Both the position numbers and the translations under genes were made by a program. The notes under the pieces are model-generated. The model was not told the origin of the DNA and searched no databases. It was given only the letters and a program-made list of their open reading frames with translations. Positions 29,094 through 39,001 of a DNA stretch of 64,000 bases are shown one piece after another. The DNA is from Helicobacteraceae bacterium (lineage in GTDB: Bacteria; Campylobacterota; Campylobacteria; Campylobacterales; Sulfurimonadaceae), in assembly GCA_027023805.1 (NCBI GenBank), contig JALVUF010000056.1, positions 11,732-75,731 on the forward strand. The letters run 5' to 3'. How positions within the stretch are numbered: position 1 is the stretch's first letter; each line of letters begins with the position of its first letter.

Positions 29094-29663
29094 TTACTCT
29101 CCTATAAATTTTGTTATCTGTTTGGTTATAATATCTACATGTAAAGATGCATCAATGCTTAGCGTCTGTATCCCTAAAAGCTCGCCGGCGTGAAGCAGTG
29201 CCTCTTGAATATCTAGAAGATATTTAGTTCCGCGCATTTCAATTTTGTCGTGATGCTTGGTTGCTAATCTTAAATTTAACTCTTTTTGGGATAATTTTAG
29301 AATTATAGCTTTTTTTGGAAAAATATTATCACATGCAAATGAGTTTAGTTCGATAAGTTTTTGTAAATCGGCGGTTTTACCCGCATAAGCTATGCCTGAT
29401 ATTACGCTTCTGTCGCTTATAATAAGATTATTTAGATTTGGTTTTATAGTACGTTTTATATGTTCTGCTCTGTCTGCTAGAAAGATAAACAGTTCTGTTA
29501 AGGGATTTTGTATCTCTTTAAATAAAACAAGTTCTCGTAACTCTTTTCCGATATCTGTACCGCCTGGCTCTTTTGTGAAAACTGCATCAGGATATATACG
29601 CTTTAAGGCATTGATTTGTGTGCTTTTGCCGGCAGTGTCGATACCCTCAATAGTAATATACAT
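29094..29663 (-). CDS. tmk: Thymidylate kinase
   Basis: P-loop 'ITIEGIDTAGKSTQ' and 'DRSVISGIAY'. Confidence 0.9.
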   Translation of the reverse strand: MYITIEGIDTAGKSTQINALKRIYPDAVFTKEPGGTDIGKELRELVLFKEIQNPLTELFIFLADRAEHIKRTIKPNLNNLIISDRSVISGIAYAGKTADLQKLIELNSFACDNIFPKKAIILKLSQKELNLRLATKHHDKIEMRGTKYLLDIQEALLHAGELLGIQTLSIDASLHVDIITKQITKFIGE

Positions 29664-30140
29664 CTAAGTATCGCTTTTAAGAAGATATTGAATTTCTTGA
29701 GGTACGAGATGTGTGGTTTTTCCGTTAAATTTGATAAGATTTCTAACAATAGACGAGCTTACAAAAGCATGTTTGAGGCTTGGCATCAGGTAAACAGTCT
29801 CAAGAGTATCATCTAAAGAGTGGTTTAAGTATCCGATTTGAAGCTCAAACTCAAAATCACTAACGGCTCTAAGTCCTCTGATTAAAACTGAGGCATTAAC
29901 ACTTTTGGCAAGCTCAACGGTTAAATTGTCAAATCCCACAACTTGTGTATTTGGTATATCTTTAGTAGCCTCTTTTGCCATTTTTACTCGCGCTTCAAGA
30001 GAGAACATCGGATTTTTCTCGCTTGACTTTGCTACTGCCACTATAAGTGTGTCAAAAAGTTTAACAGCTCGTTTTATAATATCTACATGTCCGTTTGTAA
30101 TTGGATCAAATGTGCCTGGATACAGTGCAATTTTATTCAT
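29664..30140 (-). CDS. coaD: Phosphopantetheine adenylyltransferase
   Basis: 'ALYPGTFDPITNGHVDI'. I chose the ATG at 30140, which overlaps the ubiX stop in ATGAATAA, over the upstream-extended track ORF. Confidence 0.9.
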   Translation of the reverse strand: MNKIALYPGTFDPITNGHVDIIKRAVKLFDTLIVAVAKSSEKNPMFSLEARVKMAKEATKDIPNTQVVGFDNLTVELAKSVNASVLIRGLRAVSDFEFELQIGYLNHSLDDTLETVYLMPSLKHAFVSSSIVRNLIKFNGKTTHLVPQEIQYLLKSDT

Positions 30141-30660
30141 TTTCGTCCCATCTTTTATATAAATCATTTTTTATGCCAAGCAGATCAAACCATTTTCCAA
30201 TCATAAAATCCTCCATCTGTTTTAGAGTTATTTGTTTGCTGTAATAAGCTAAAACCGGCGGTGCTATGATTACACCGAGTTTTGAGAGTTTATGCATATT
30301 TTCAAGAGAAATAGCGCTAAATGGCATCTCACGCGGCGCTAAGAGTAGTTTTTTATTCTCTTTTAGCATCACTGCCGCTGCTCTTGTTGTTAAATTATCA
30401 GCTAGTCCACAGGATATCTTTGCAAGCGTATTCATACTACACGGTATTATCATCATAGCATCAACCCCAAAACTCCCTGATGCTAGCGATGAGGCTATAT
30501 CTTTGTCATAATGCAGAGTAATATTGTTTTCATGTTTTAAGACTATCTTGGCATTTTTAGAGACAACTAGATGTTTTTGCATACTATCTGGTAATAATTC
30601 CAGTGTCTTTAATCCCAAATTAGCACCGCTTGCCCCGCTAACAGCCACTACTATTTTCAT
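30133..30660 (-). CDS. ubiX: Flavin prenyltransferase UbiX family
   Basis: 'MKIVVAVSGASGANLG', 'PCSMNTLAKI' and 'LAPREMP'. Confidence 0.9.
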   Translation of the reverse strand: MKIVVAVSGASGANLGLKTLELLPDSMQKHLVVSKNAKIVLKHENNITLHYDKDIASSLASGSFGVDAMMIIPCSMNTLAKISCGLADNLTTRAAAVMLKENKKLLLAPREMPFSAISLENMHKLSKLGVIIAPPVLAYYSKQITLKQMEDFMIGKWFDLLGIKNDLYKRWDENE

Positions 30661-31523
30661 TGAATCTCTACCATATTTGGACCTATTATCACGGCTTTTA
30701 GTTCTTTACCGTCATCTCTTACGATATTTATAGTATCTCCTTTGCGTCCGCTTTGCAGGGCTTTTGCACTAAAAATTATACTTATACCACCTTGATTTAG
30801 CGTGGCGGTAACATTGTGACCTTGTCTTACTAGACTAAGAGGTTGTATGTTTCTTTGCAATATAATTTGACCCGATTGTATTGTAAATTTGCTTTGATAT
30901 TGATGATTGGATATCGATGCTATGGGCATACCGTGAAAATTTTTAAAATTTACAAACTTTTCTTTAGTATTAAATGCCGTAAGTTCAGTGTGGCGTTTTA
31001 TCTTTTTTGTTGCAACTATGATATTTATTTTAGCTTTTAATATAAAATTAAAGAAAAACTCTCTATGCCTTGGTGTGATTATATGGATTGTTGAATAATT
31101 ATTTAAGAGTGCGTAATTTGGAATCGTGACGGTATATGAGCCGGGAAGACGGCTCATATAAGACATTGGCATTACTTTTAAGCTTATGATATCGAGATTT
31201 GGATATTTTTGTAAAAAACTCATACGAAGTTTTTGGGTTATCTTTGACATGTCTATCGGACTTTTTTGTGTAAATGTAACATAAGCAACATGAGAAGAGA
31301 GTTTATAGCCGTGCTTATGGAATATATTTTTTAGTTTATATGAGCCGAGAGTTATCTTATGTTGACCTGCATTATATTGTGTTATGATAAAATTATGTTT
31401 GATATACGGTACAATATTTGATGCATAGATAATGTTTGTATTTGTTATATAATTTCGTTTTAAAATATATGCATGTAAGATATTAAGAGATATTATTAAT
31501 AAAAATATATATTTTGGCATCAA
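30657..31523 (-). CDS. flgA: Flagellar basal-body P-ring formation chaperone FlgA
   Basis: Signal peptide. C-terminal SAF/ChapFlgA-like segment 'VRQGHNVTATLNQGGISIIFSAKALQSGRKGDTINIV'. Lies upstream of ubiX-coaD-tmk, an order I recall (from memory, not searched) for Helicobacter. Confidence 0.75.
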   Translation of the reverse strand: MMPKYIFLLIISLNILHAYILKRNYITNTNIIYASNIVPYIKHNFIITQYNAGQHKITLGSYKLKNIFHKHGYKLSSHVAYVTFTQKSPIDMSKITQKLRMSFLQKYPNLDIISLKVMPMSYMSRLPGSYTVTIPNYALLNNYSTIHIITPRHREFFFNFILKAKINIIVATKKIKRHTELTAFNTKEKFVNFKNFHGMPIASISNHQYQSKFTIQSGQIILQRNIQPLSLVRQGHNVTATLNQGGISIIFSAKALQSGRKGDTINIVRDDGKELKAVIIGPNMVEIQ

Positions 31524-31597
31524 TGTTTTACCTTTAGTTTGTATTTTAACATATATGGGAAAATAATTATAGTATTATAGTCGTGTTGGAGTAAAAA

Positions 31598-32860
31598 ATG
31601 CCTTTAAATAAGATTAATACTGAGTCATTATCATCATTGCAGGATTTATGTATTGATGATATTTTGCGTAACGGCTTCTTGTTTACCTTGTTTGATAACC
31701 AAGATGAGCTGGAGTTTTGCGTTAAAACCGAACTAGATATTTTAAAAAACTTTTTAATTTCATCATCTTATGATACAAAACAATATATTGCATTGGGTAA
31801 GAGATATTTTCAAGCAGGCATCTCTTTGGCAACCATAGATGAAATCGTAAACTTTTTATTAAATAAGATTGTAGAATTTTATTGTATGACGCAGGATTTA
31901 CAACAAATTGTAGAGCTATATGAAGTAAGTTTGGATTTTCAAACACAGGGATATTTTTATTCATCTTTTGATTATTTTTTAGATAGATTACGCAAAAGAA
32001 ACAAACAACATGATAACACCAACATGCAATCTCTGTTTACTCTTCATCTGTCGTGGCTTGAAAATATGTACATGGAGGTTCAAAGAACCGGTTTGTATGA
32101 TGCTATGCTTGTAAAAAATACGCCCTTTACTGATAAACTCACCGTTTATAAAAAACAATATCAAGAGTTTTCAGATGATTTTAAAGAGCTTTTAACTCTT
32201 TACGCCAGATTTTACAAACAGATACTTATTTTGCATTATATGCTAGAGAGAGAAAATTACACAAGAGCATATGAGCTTGTTCAGTCTATAGAGTTGTTAA
32301 CCGTTGAGATAGAATCAAGTCTTAGCATAATTAATGTTTTGGAAATAGAACATGAAAACAGATATGACGCCCTGACAAATGCCCTCTCGCGCAGACTAAT
32401 GCTGCCTATTTTTGAAAAAGAGATGGATATTGTCCAAATTTCAGGTAAATCGCTTATAGTAGCCATGCTGGATATTGATGATTTTAAAGTCGTCAATGAT
32501 ACTTACGGGCATTTATGCGGAGATGAGGTTTTAAAAAAGATTGTAAAAGTATGCAAAGATAATTTAAGAAGCACGGATTATATTTTCAGATATGGCGGGG
32601 AAGAATTCGTTATTTTATTAAATGCGGTTAATTTATCAATATCTGTTGATATTTTTGAAGCCATAAGAAAAAAAATAGCTAACTGTGTCGTTACATGTAG
32701 AGATGGAAGTAGAGTATCTGTGACAGTTAGTATCGGTGTGCATCAAATATTAAACCCTGATAAAAATGATTTTTTAAGTTTTATTGAAAAAGCTGATAAA
32801 AATTTATATAAAGCAAAAGCAAAAGGTAAAAACATGGTATTTTTTGAGAAACTTGGGTGA
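31598..32860 (+). CDS. GGDEF diguanylate cyclase with an uncharacterised ~250-aa N-terminal domain
   Basis: 'DALTNALSRR', 'MLDIDDFKVVNDTYGHLCGD' and an intact 'GGEEF'. An RxxD I-site 'RSTD' lies 5 residues upstream. The N-terminal half has no TM helix and no motif I recognise. Confidence 0.85.
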   Translation: MPLNKINTESLSSLQDLCIDDILRNGFLFTLFDNQDELEFCVKTELDILKNFLISSSYDTKQYIALGKRYFQAGISLATIDEIVNFLLNKIVEFYCMTQDLQQIVELYEVSLDFQTQGYFYSSFDYFLDRLRKRNKQHDNTNMQSLFTLHLSWLENMYMEVQRTGLYDAMLVKNTPFTDKLTVYKKQYQEFSDDFKELLTLYARFYKQILILHYMLERENYTRAYELVQSIELLTVEIESSLSIINVLEIEHENRYDALTNALSRRLMLPIFEKEMDIVQISGKSLIVAMLDIDDFKVVNDTYGHLCGDEVLKKIVKVCKDNLRSTDYIFRYGGEEFVILLNAVNLSISVDIFEAIRKKIANCVVTCRDGSRVSVTVSIGVHQILNPDKNDFLSFIEKADKNLYKAKAKGKNMVFFEKLG

Positions 32861-32894
32861 AATATTACACTATAATTACGCAAAGGGTTTTAAG

Positions 32895-34076
32895 ATGAAT
32901 ACTAAAAAAATAGATAACGATTATGTTTTATCAACTTACGGGCGTGCAGATATTGAGTTTGTACGAGGTGATAATGCAACTTTGTATGATACAGACGATA
33001 AAGATTATATAGATTTTACATCAGGTATCGGTGTTGTAAGCGTAGGGCATGCAAATAAGCGCCTCAGCAAGGCTTTGTGCGAGCAAGCCGATAGACTTTT
33101 ACATGTATCAAATCTATACTATATAGCACCACAGGCACAGGCCGCTAAAAAGATAGTTCAAGCCAGTGGATATGATATGAAATGTTTTTTTGGTAATAGC
33201 GGTGCGGAGGCTAATGAAGCGGCGATAAAAATAGCAAGAAAATATGGTGAAAGAGATGGGGAGATAAAACGGTATAAAATCATTACTTTGCAGCACTCTT
33301 TTCACGGCAGAACCATTACAACCATAAAAGCTACGGGGCAGGCAAGTATGCATAACTATTTTGGACCGTTTCCTGACGGGTTTGTTTATGCAAACGATAT
33401 TGATGAAGTTGCAAATCTTGTTGATGGACACACGGTTGCTGTTATGATAGAGCTTGTGCAAGGAGAGGGCGGGGTTGAGCCTCAAGTACAAAAAAAAGTA
33501 CAGGATTTAGCCAAATTTCTTAAAACTAAAGATGTATTGTTGATTGTGGATGAAGTTCAAACCGGAGTATATAGAACGGGTAGTTTTTTAGCTTCTAATC
33601 TTTATGAGATAGAACCGGATATCATTACATTGGCAAAAGGAGTAGGCGGAGGTGTGCCTGTGGGCGTTGTTATGACGAAGTTAAAAGAGATTTTTTCTCC
33701 CGGTGATCATGGCTCTACTTTTGGCGGAAACTATCTCAGCTGTGTTGCTGTTTGTGAGGTGTTAGATATACTGCAAGAATATGAAAAAAGTGGAGAGTTG
33801 GCCCAAAGCATGCTGTATTTTAATAAAATATTGGAAGATTTTTTCAACAAACATCGGAGTATTTTTATTAAAAAAGTGGGTATCGGCATGATGTGCGGTT
33901 TAAGAGTAAAAAACGCAGATACTCTTAGTAAGATTATAAACAGTGCAAGAGAATCGGGCGTTATGGTGCTAAAAGCAGGACGCAACACCTTGAGATTTTT
34001 GCCTGTGTTAACTATTTCTAAAAAGGAGATAGATGAAGGCTTTATGCGTCTTAATCGTGTTGTATCTAAGCTCTAG
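32895..34076 (+). CDS. argD: Acetylornithine aminotransferase (class III)
   Basis: 'GNSGAEANEAAIK', 'DEVQTG' and the PLP lysine motif 'TLAKGVGGG'. I chose the ATG at 32895 over the upstream-extended track ORF that overlaps the GGDEF gene. Confidence 0.85.
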   Translation: MNTKKIDNDYVLSTYGRADIEFVRGDNATLYDTDDKDYIDFTSGIGVVSVGHANKRLSKALCEQADRLLHVSNLYYIAPQAQAAKKIVQASGYDMKCFFGNSGAEANEAAIKIARKYGERDGEIKRYKIITLQHSFHGRTITTIKATGQASMHNYFGPFPDGFVYANDIDEVANLVDGHTVAVMIELVQGEGGVEPQVQKKVQDLAKFLKTKDVLLIVDEVQTGVYRTGSFLASNLYEIEPDIITLAKGVGGGVPVGVVMTKLKEIFSPGDHGSTFGGNYLSCVAVCEVLDILQEYEKSGELAQSMLYFNKILEDFFNKHRSIFIKKVGIGMMCGLRVKNADTLSKIINSARESGVMVLKAGRNTLRFLPVLTISKKEIDEGFMRLNRVVSKL

Positions 34077-35250
34077 TACGGCATTGTTAGCTGGGCATTT
34101 AAAGCTCGAAGATTATATATCTTCACTAAAGCAAAGTGAATTTTTCTATGACTATAAAACCAATAAAGAAAATAGTTTAAAACTAAGAGATTCATGGATA
34201 CAGCCTATCAATTTTTCATACAATTACTCAAAAAGTAATCCATATAACAACACTCAAACTTCAAAAAATACGGCCATCTCAATCAGCCAGCCGATTTTTG
34301 AAAGTGGTGGCATATATTACGGTATAAAATACGCAGGTGCGCTTAAACGATATACGAATCTATCTATAGACGTACAAAAAAGAAAGCTTATAGCTCAGGC
34401 TGTTTCTCTTTTAATTCAGATAAAGCAGATACAACTGCAACTAAAACAGCAAAAATTAAATATAGACAATGCTAAAATCAACCTTTTGCAAATCAAAAAA
34501 CAATATATGAGCGGTCAAGTTGATTCGGGTTCTTTAGATAATGCGATTATCCAAAAAAACAGTGCGATGCAGACCTATTTTAATGAACAAACATCCAAAG
34601 CAAAGCTAATATCGCAATTTAAAACTATAAGTGATTTAAATTACAACAAAGCACAGATACCTACATTTAAGCTTATTACTAAAAAAATGTTTTTAAACAA
34701 TAACCTTTTGATAGATGAACAAAATGCCCAAAGAATAGAAAATATGTATCATGAAAAGGTTATACGTTCTAAGTATCTGCCAAGTGTTAGTTTTAATGCC
34801 GGCTATAACTGGCTAACTACAGACAACCAAAGTTTTGGTAGAAATATTACAAATTCGGCTACAACAGATTATTATAATTATGGTTTAACTATTTCTATGC
34901 CGATTGACTATAACGCTCATAGAGATATTGAAGCCTCTAAGCTTGCTTATTTAAAATCTCAGGATCTGCTTATTGATCAGACGAGAGCCTCCAGGGCTAT
35001 TTTTAAACAAGTGGTACAGAATCTACAAAATTATGATAAGAAGATAAGACTTGCAAAACAAAGCGAAAAACTCTACGGCACTCTTTTACATCAAACAATA
35101 CAGCTATACAGAGCAGGAAAAAAAACTATATATGATGTAGATACATTAAAAAATTCTCTTAAAATACAAAGCCTAAACGTTAAAATCTTTCGATTAGATA
35201 AACAGTTATCACTACTAAATCTTTATGAGCAGTTAAATAATGCGGTTTAG
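34033..35250 (+). CDS. TolC-family outer membrane efflux protein
   Basis: Signal peptide 'MKALCVLIVLYLSSSTALLA'. Two long coiled-coil/beta repeats typical of the OEP family. Confidence 0.7.
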   Translation: MKALCVLIVLYLSSSTALLAGHLKLEDYISSLKQSEFFYDYKTNKENSLKLRDSWIQPINFSYNYSKSNPYNNTQTSKNTAISISQPIFESGGIYYGIKYAGALKRYTNLSIDVQKRKLIAQAVSLLIQIKQIQLQLKQQKLNIDNAKINLLQIKKQYMSGQVDSGSLDNAIIQKNSAMQTYFNEQTSKAKLISQFKTISDLNYNKAQIPTFKLITKKMFLNNNLLIDEQNAQRIENMYHEKVIRSKYLPSVSFNAGYNWLTTDNQSFGRNITNSATTDYYNYGLTISMPIDYNAHRDIEASKLAYLKSQDLLIDQTRASRAIFKQVVQNLQNYDKKIRLAKQSEKLYGTLLHQTIQLYRAGKKTIYDVDTLKNSLKIQSLNVKIFRLDKQLSLLNLYEQLNNAV

Positions 35251-36229
35251 TAGATTTATGAATAGTTGGCTGTATGATGATGACGGCTATTACGCTTCAT
35301 ATAGGCCTATTGGTAAAAATGGAGATTTTTATACCTCAGTTAGCACCTCCAAATTTTTTGGCGGCAGTATCGCCAAGCATATAATATCGCTCATAGAGAG
35401 TGGATTTTTAAGTAAAGATGCCGTAATTTGTGAAATAGGGGCTCATCACGGATATTTACTTGCAGATATTATAGAGTTTATTTACACGTTAAAGCCGGAG
35501 TTGATTGAGAGTTTACAGTTTGTGATTATTGAAAGGTTTGATGCTCTTATAAAACAGCAAACTGAGTATTTTAGGATTTCATTTGGTGATACTATTAAAC
35601 TCTCACATTATCATGCGCTTGATGAGCTTACATGTAAAGAAGCATTTTTTATAGCCAATGAGGTATTTGATGCTTTTGGATGTGAACTGTTTTATGATGG
35701 TAAAATCGCCTCAGTTATAAACAATAAGATTATATTTGACACGGTTGATGAGGATATATCGCAAAAGGCTAAGAAATATCATAAGCAAAAAGGTGAGATT
35801 GCAGTCGGATATGAAGAGTTCGCAAAACAGATGTATAGCTGTGCAGAGAAATTTGAATTTATGAGTTTTGATTATGGCCAGATGCAGGCAAGACCTGATT
35901 TTTCTCTGCGTGTATATAAAGAGCATAAAGTTTATCCGTTTTTTGATGAGTCGATAAATATATTTGAGATGTATAAGCGTGCAGATATCACTTATGATGT
36001 GACATTTGAGCATGTAAAAGATGCATTTGTGCAATCGGGTATTGAGTTTATCGAGCTAAAAGCCCAAATGAGTGCACTTGTAGATATGGGTATTTTAGAG
36101 CTTTTGCAAACACTAAAAGATAAAGCCGCAGACAAGATATACGCTCAAGAGATAGATAAAGTAAAACCTCTTCTCCTTCCTGAGTTTTTAGGCGAGAGAT
36201 TTAAAATGATAAGGTTTAAAAGAGATTAA
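35240..36229 (+). CDS. Class I SAM-dependent methyltransferase, MidA/NDUFAF7 (DUF185) family
   Basis: 'FMNSWLYDDDGYYA...IGKNGDFYTSVSTSKFFGGSIA' and 'ICEIGAHHGYL' resemble the DUF185 N-terminus and SAM pocket. Confidence 0.65.
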   Translation: MRFSRFMNSWLYDDDGYYASYRPIGKNGDFYTSVSTSKFFGGSIAKHIISLIESGFLSKDAVICEIGAHHGYLLADIIEFIYTLKPELIESLQFVIIERFDALIKQQTEYFRISFGDTIKLSHYHALDELTCKEAFFIANEVFDAFGCELFYDGKIASVINNKIIFDTVDEDISQKAKKYHKQKGEIAVGYEEFAKQMYSCAEKFEFMSFDYGQMQARPDFSLRVYKEHKVYPFFDESINIFEMYKRADITYDVTFEHVKDAFVQSGIEFIELKAQMSALVDMGILELLQTLKDKAADKIYAQEIDKVKPLLLPEFLGERFKMIRFKRD

Positions 36230-37107
36230 TACGCTTCACAACTTTTATGAATAAACTTTTTATATTCTTTAAAAAGAGTTGTTTGATATTTGTTCTTGTT
36301 ATATATTAGGTACAACTCTCTTTTTAAATCAATATTTATAAGCTTTACTTCAAAGAGTTCTTGTCGTTCAAGTTCTTTTAAAACAGCAAATCTAGATATA
36401 CATGTAAGTGCATCTTTATTTTGTATTAATAGATTTTTAATCTCTTCAAAACCCGTAAACTCCATAAATAGATTTAACTCTTTTGACAGGGTGGCAAGTG
36501 CGTTTATAAACAGTTCCCTTGTACCTGAGCCTTTTTCACGTAAAATCCACTTTTTATCAAAAAGATTGTCTATAAAATATTTATCCTTTGATAGTCTTTC
36601 ATCACTTGATACAAATATCAGTTCGTCATCACCTATGGTTTGGACAATCAAATTGGCACTTTCAGGTTTGGTTTCTATTAGACCAATATCTATCTCTCCA
36701 TTCTCAACCATCTTTATAATTGTATAAGAGTTATCGATTTTTTTATCTATGCTGACATTTGGATATTTGGATAAAAAATTAAAAACTATCTGGGGGGTGA
36801 TAAAGTTACCCACTGTTTTACTGCTTGCAATTTTTAAATTGCCCGCAAAAGTATCTTGTTCAAACTCCATTTGGGCATCTTTTAACGCCAAATAATGTTC
36901 ATATGTTTTTTCTTTAAAAATTCTACCTCGTTCATTTAAGACAAGTTTTTTTCCTAATCTGTCAAATAACGGCTCTGAGAGTTTCTTCTCAAGTGATTTG
37001 ATAGCTAGAGATATAGCCGCCTGACTTATTGCTAACTTCTTTGAGAGATTTAAAAGATGTGTTTCTTCTGATAGCCCATAAAAAATCTCTAATTCTCTTA
37101 ATGTCAT
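36226..37107 (-). CDS. LysR-family transcriptional regulator
   Basis: N-terminal wHTH 'LRELEIFYGLSEETHLLNLSKKLAISQAAISLAIKSLEKKL' plus a substrate-binding domain. Divergent from the TauE gene. Confidence 0.9.
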   Translation of the reverse strand: MTLRELEIFYGLSEETHLLNLSKKLAISQAAISLAIKSLEKKLSEPLFDRLGKKLVLNERGRIFKEKTYEHYLALKDAQMEFEQDTFAGNLKIASSKTVGNFITPQIVFNFLSKYPNVSIDKKIDNSYTIIKMVENGEIDIGLIETKPESANLIVQTIGDDELIFVSSDERLSKDKYFIDNLFDKKWILREKGSGTRELFINALATLSKELNLFMEFTGFEEIKNLLIQNKDALTCISRFAVLKELERQELFEVKLINIDLKRELYLIYNKNKYQTTLFKEYKKFIHKSCEAY

Positions 37108-37293
37108 TTTTCATATCCCTTATTAATATTATTTAACATTTTATCAAGTGATATAAATTTTTAAATTTAAAATAATTAGTATATTATTTTAAATAAGTTT
37201 TATTTATAATATAAGTATTCATAATATAAATAAAACACAATATGTCATAATTATAGTTTGTTTATGCTGATATAAACCTATAGAAGATATACT

Positions 37294-37310
37294 TCTTCAT
37301 AAAATGAAGA
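37294..37310. promoter_or_regulatory. Palindrome TCTTCAT-AAA-ATGAAGA upstream of the TauE gene
   Basis: 7-bp arms read directly from the sequence, 39 nt upstream of the ATG at 37349. Embedded between two direct GAAGATAT copies (37283 and 37306). Confidence 0.25.
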
Positions 37311-37348
37311 TATCCGCATAATCTTAATTTATAAAAAAGGAAAACGAA

Positions 37349-38116
37349 ATGATGTATCAGTATGTTACTGCTTTTATTAGTGGTATTTTATCAGGAGGAG
37401 CACTTGGACTCACCGGCGGAGGCGGCTCTATACTAGCGGTTCCGTTACTTGTTTATTTAGTAGGTGAAAATATCCATTTAGCGATTATAACTTCATTGCT
37501 CGCAGTTGGAGCCACCTCGCTAATTGCATCTGGCTCATATATGAGGAAAAATCTTGTTAGATTTAAAATAGCATTTATTATGGCGGCTCCCGCACTCATC
37601 AGTACATTTTTAGGTTCATTGGCAAATAAACATTTAAAAGGTCCGGTGCTTTTAATACTTTTTTCACTTTTGATGATGTATATCGGATATATGATGCTAA
37701 AAGGAAAAAAACAACAAGAACTTCAAGAAGAAGATAAGGCGATAAACTATAAGCTGGTTATCGGACTGGGTTTTATTACAGGTTTGGCCAGCGGCTTCTT
37801 TGGAGTCGGCGGAGGCTTTTTACTAGTACCTGCACTATATATGGGCGCAAACTTAAAGATGCAAGAAGCAGTTGCTACGTCACTGTTTATAATATTTTTA
37901 TTTGGTCTGTTTGGGCTTGGCAGCTATTTGATTCAAGGCAGACAAGTTAGCTATGGGATTAGTGCAATTTTTACAGTAGGTGGTGCTCTTGGTGGGCTTA
38001 TAGGCTCAGGAGTGGCTGAAAAGCTGGATCAAAAGAAATTGCGTTTGATATTTGCTATATTTACGATTGTTATGGGTATAGTTATTTTGATTGAAAATGG
38101 CATTAAGCTATTTTAA
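37349..38116 (+). CDS. TauE/SafE-family sulfite/organosulfonate exporter (DUF81)
   Basis: Two repeated halves, each with a 'GGGGSILAVPLL' or 'GVGGGFLLVPAL' motif. About 8 TM helices. Confidence 0.85.
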   Translation: MMYQYVTAFISGILSGGALGLTGGGGSILAVPLLVYLVGENIHLAIITSLLAVGATSLIASGSYMRKNLVRFKIAFIMAAPALISTFLGSLANKHLKGPVLLILFSLLMMYIGYMMLKGKKQQELQEEDKAINYKLVIGLGFITGLASGFFGVGGGFLLVPALYMGANLKMQEAVATSLFIIFLFGLFGLGSYLIQGRQVSYGISAIFTVGGALGGLIGSGVAEKLDQKKLRLIFAIFTIVMGIVILIENGIKLF

Positions 38117-38231
38117 TTATACTTATTTAAAATAATTGACATTTTATTAAGTAATGTTTATTTATAAATATATACAAGATGATATATAATTTTGACATCT
38201 ATTTAAGATAAAAAATAAAAAAGGATCTGCC

Positions 38232-38600
38232 ATGATAAATGAGTTTGTTAAAAATTTTAAAATGTGTGCTTCAAGCACAAGTCCAAAGATAAGCTATGAA
38301 GAGTTTAAAGAAGCTTATGAAAAAGGCGAAGCTGTTTTAGTTGACGTTAGAGAAAGCTATGAAAGAGACGCGGTTTCTGTTAATTTTGCTAAACACATTC
38401 CAATGAGCGAACTTTATGAAGGTCATGGAAATCTTGATAAAAATAAAATGATAGTAGCTATGTGTTCACATAAAAATAGAGCTGATATCGCCGCAATGTT
38501 TTTAAATAGTAACGGATATAATGCAAAAGTTCTAAATGAAACTTTTGCCGGTTTTGTGGATAAGATAGTTGAAGACGATAATCCTATTAAATGTGCATAA
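38232..38600 (+). CDS. Single-domain rhodanese-like sulfurtransferase
   Basis: 'VLVDVRE..E' and the active-site loop 'CSHKNRA' (Cx4R). Confidence 0.75.
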   Translation: MINEFVKNFKMCASSTSPKISYEEFKEAYEKGEAVLVDVRESYERDAVSVNFAKHIPMSELYEGHGNLDKNKMIVAMCSHKNRADIAAMFLNSNGYNAKVLNETFAGFVDKIVEDDNPIKCA

Positions 38601-38699
38601 TTAGTGTAGTTTGATATCGCTTTGCACCAATACTATAATGAGCTCTCCTCGTTGTAGCATAAAGTGCTCCTGTAAAATAATTGAATACATGATATTTGT

Positions 38700-38730
38700 T
38701 TGACAAATAGTATTTTCAATATGTTACAAT
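38700..38730 (+). promoter_or_regulatory. Sigma70-type promoter with an extended -10 directly in front of the DUF2905 ORF
   Basis: TTGACA (38700-38705), a 19-nt spacer, then TGT-TACAAT (38722-38730). The ATG at 38737 lies 7 nt after the -10 and has no Shine-Dalgarno. Confidence 0.35.
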
Positions 38731-38736
38731 ACCAGT

Positions 38737-38943
38737 ATGTTTAAGATTTTTTTTGCAATAGGTGCTATATTTATTATTCTTGGTATTTTATCATATCTGT
38801 TTGGAGGATATTTTTTTAAATTACCGGGTGATATTTTTATCAAAAAAGGGAATTTCAGTTTCTACTTTCCAATCACTACCATGATCATTCTCAGCATAAT
38901 GCTTAGTTTTGTCTTAAATTTTATCTCAAGATTTTTTAAATAG
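38737..38943 (+). CDS. DUF2905-family small membrane protein
   Basis: 68 aa, two TM helices and a central 'KLPGDIFIKKGNFSFYFP' motif. Confidence 0.7.
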   Translation: MFKIFFAIGAIFIILGILSYLFGGYFFKLPGDIFIKKGNFSFYFPITTMIILSIMLSFVLNFISRFFK

Positions 38944-39001
38944 CCGTTAGTTGTTATTTTTTATATATAATCATATCGAAATTAAATTATAAGGTAGTAC
39001 G

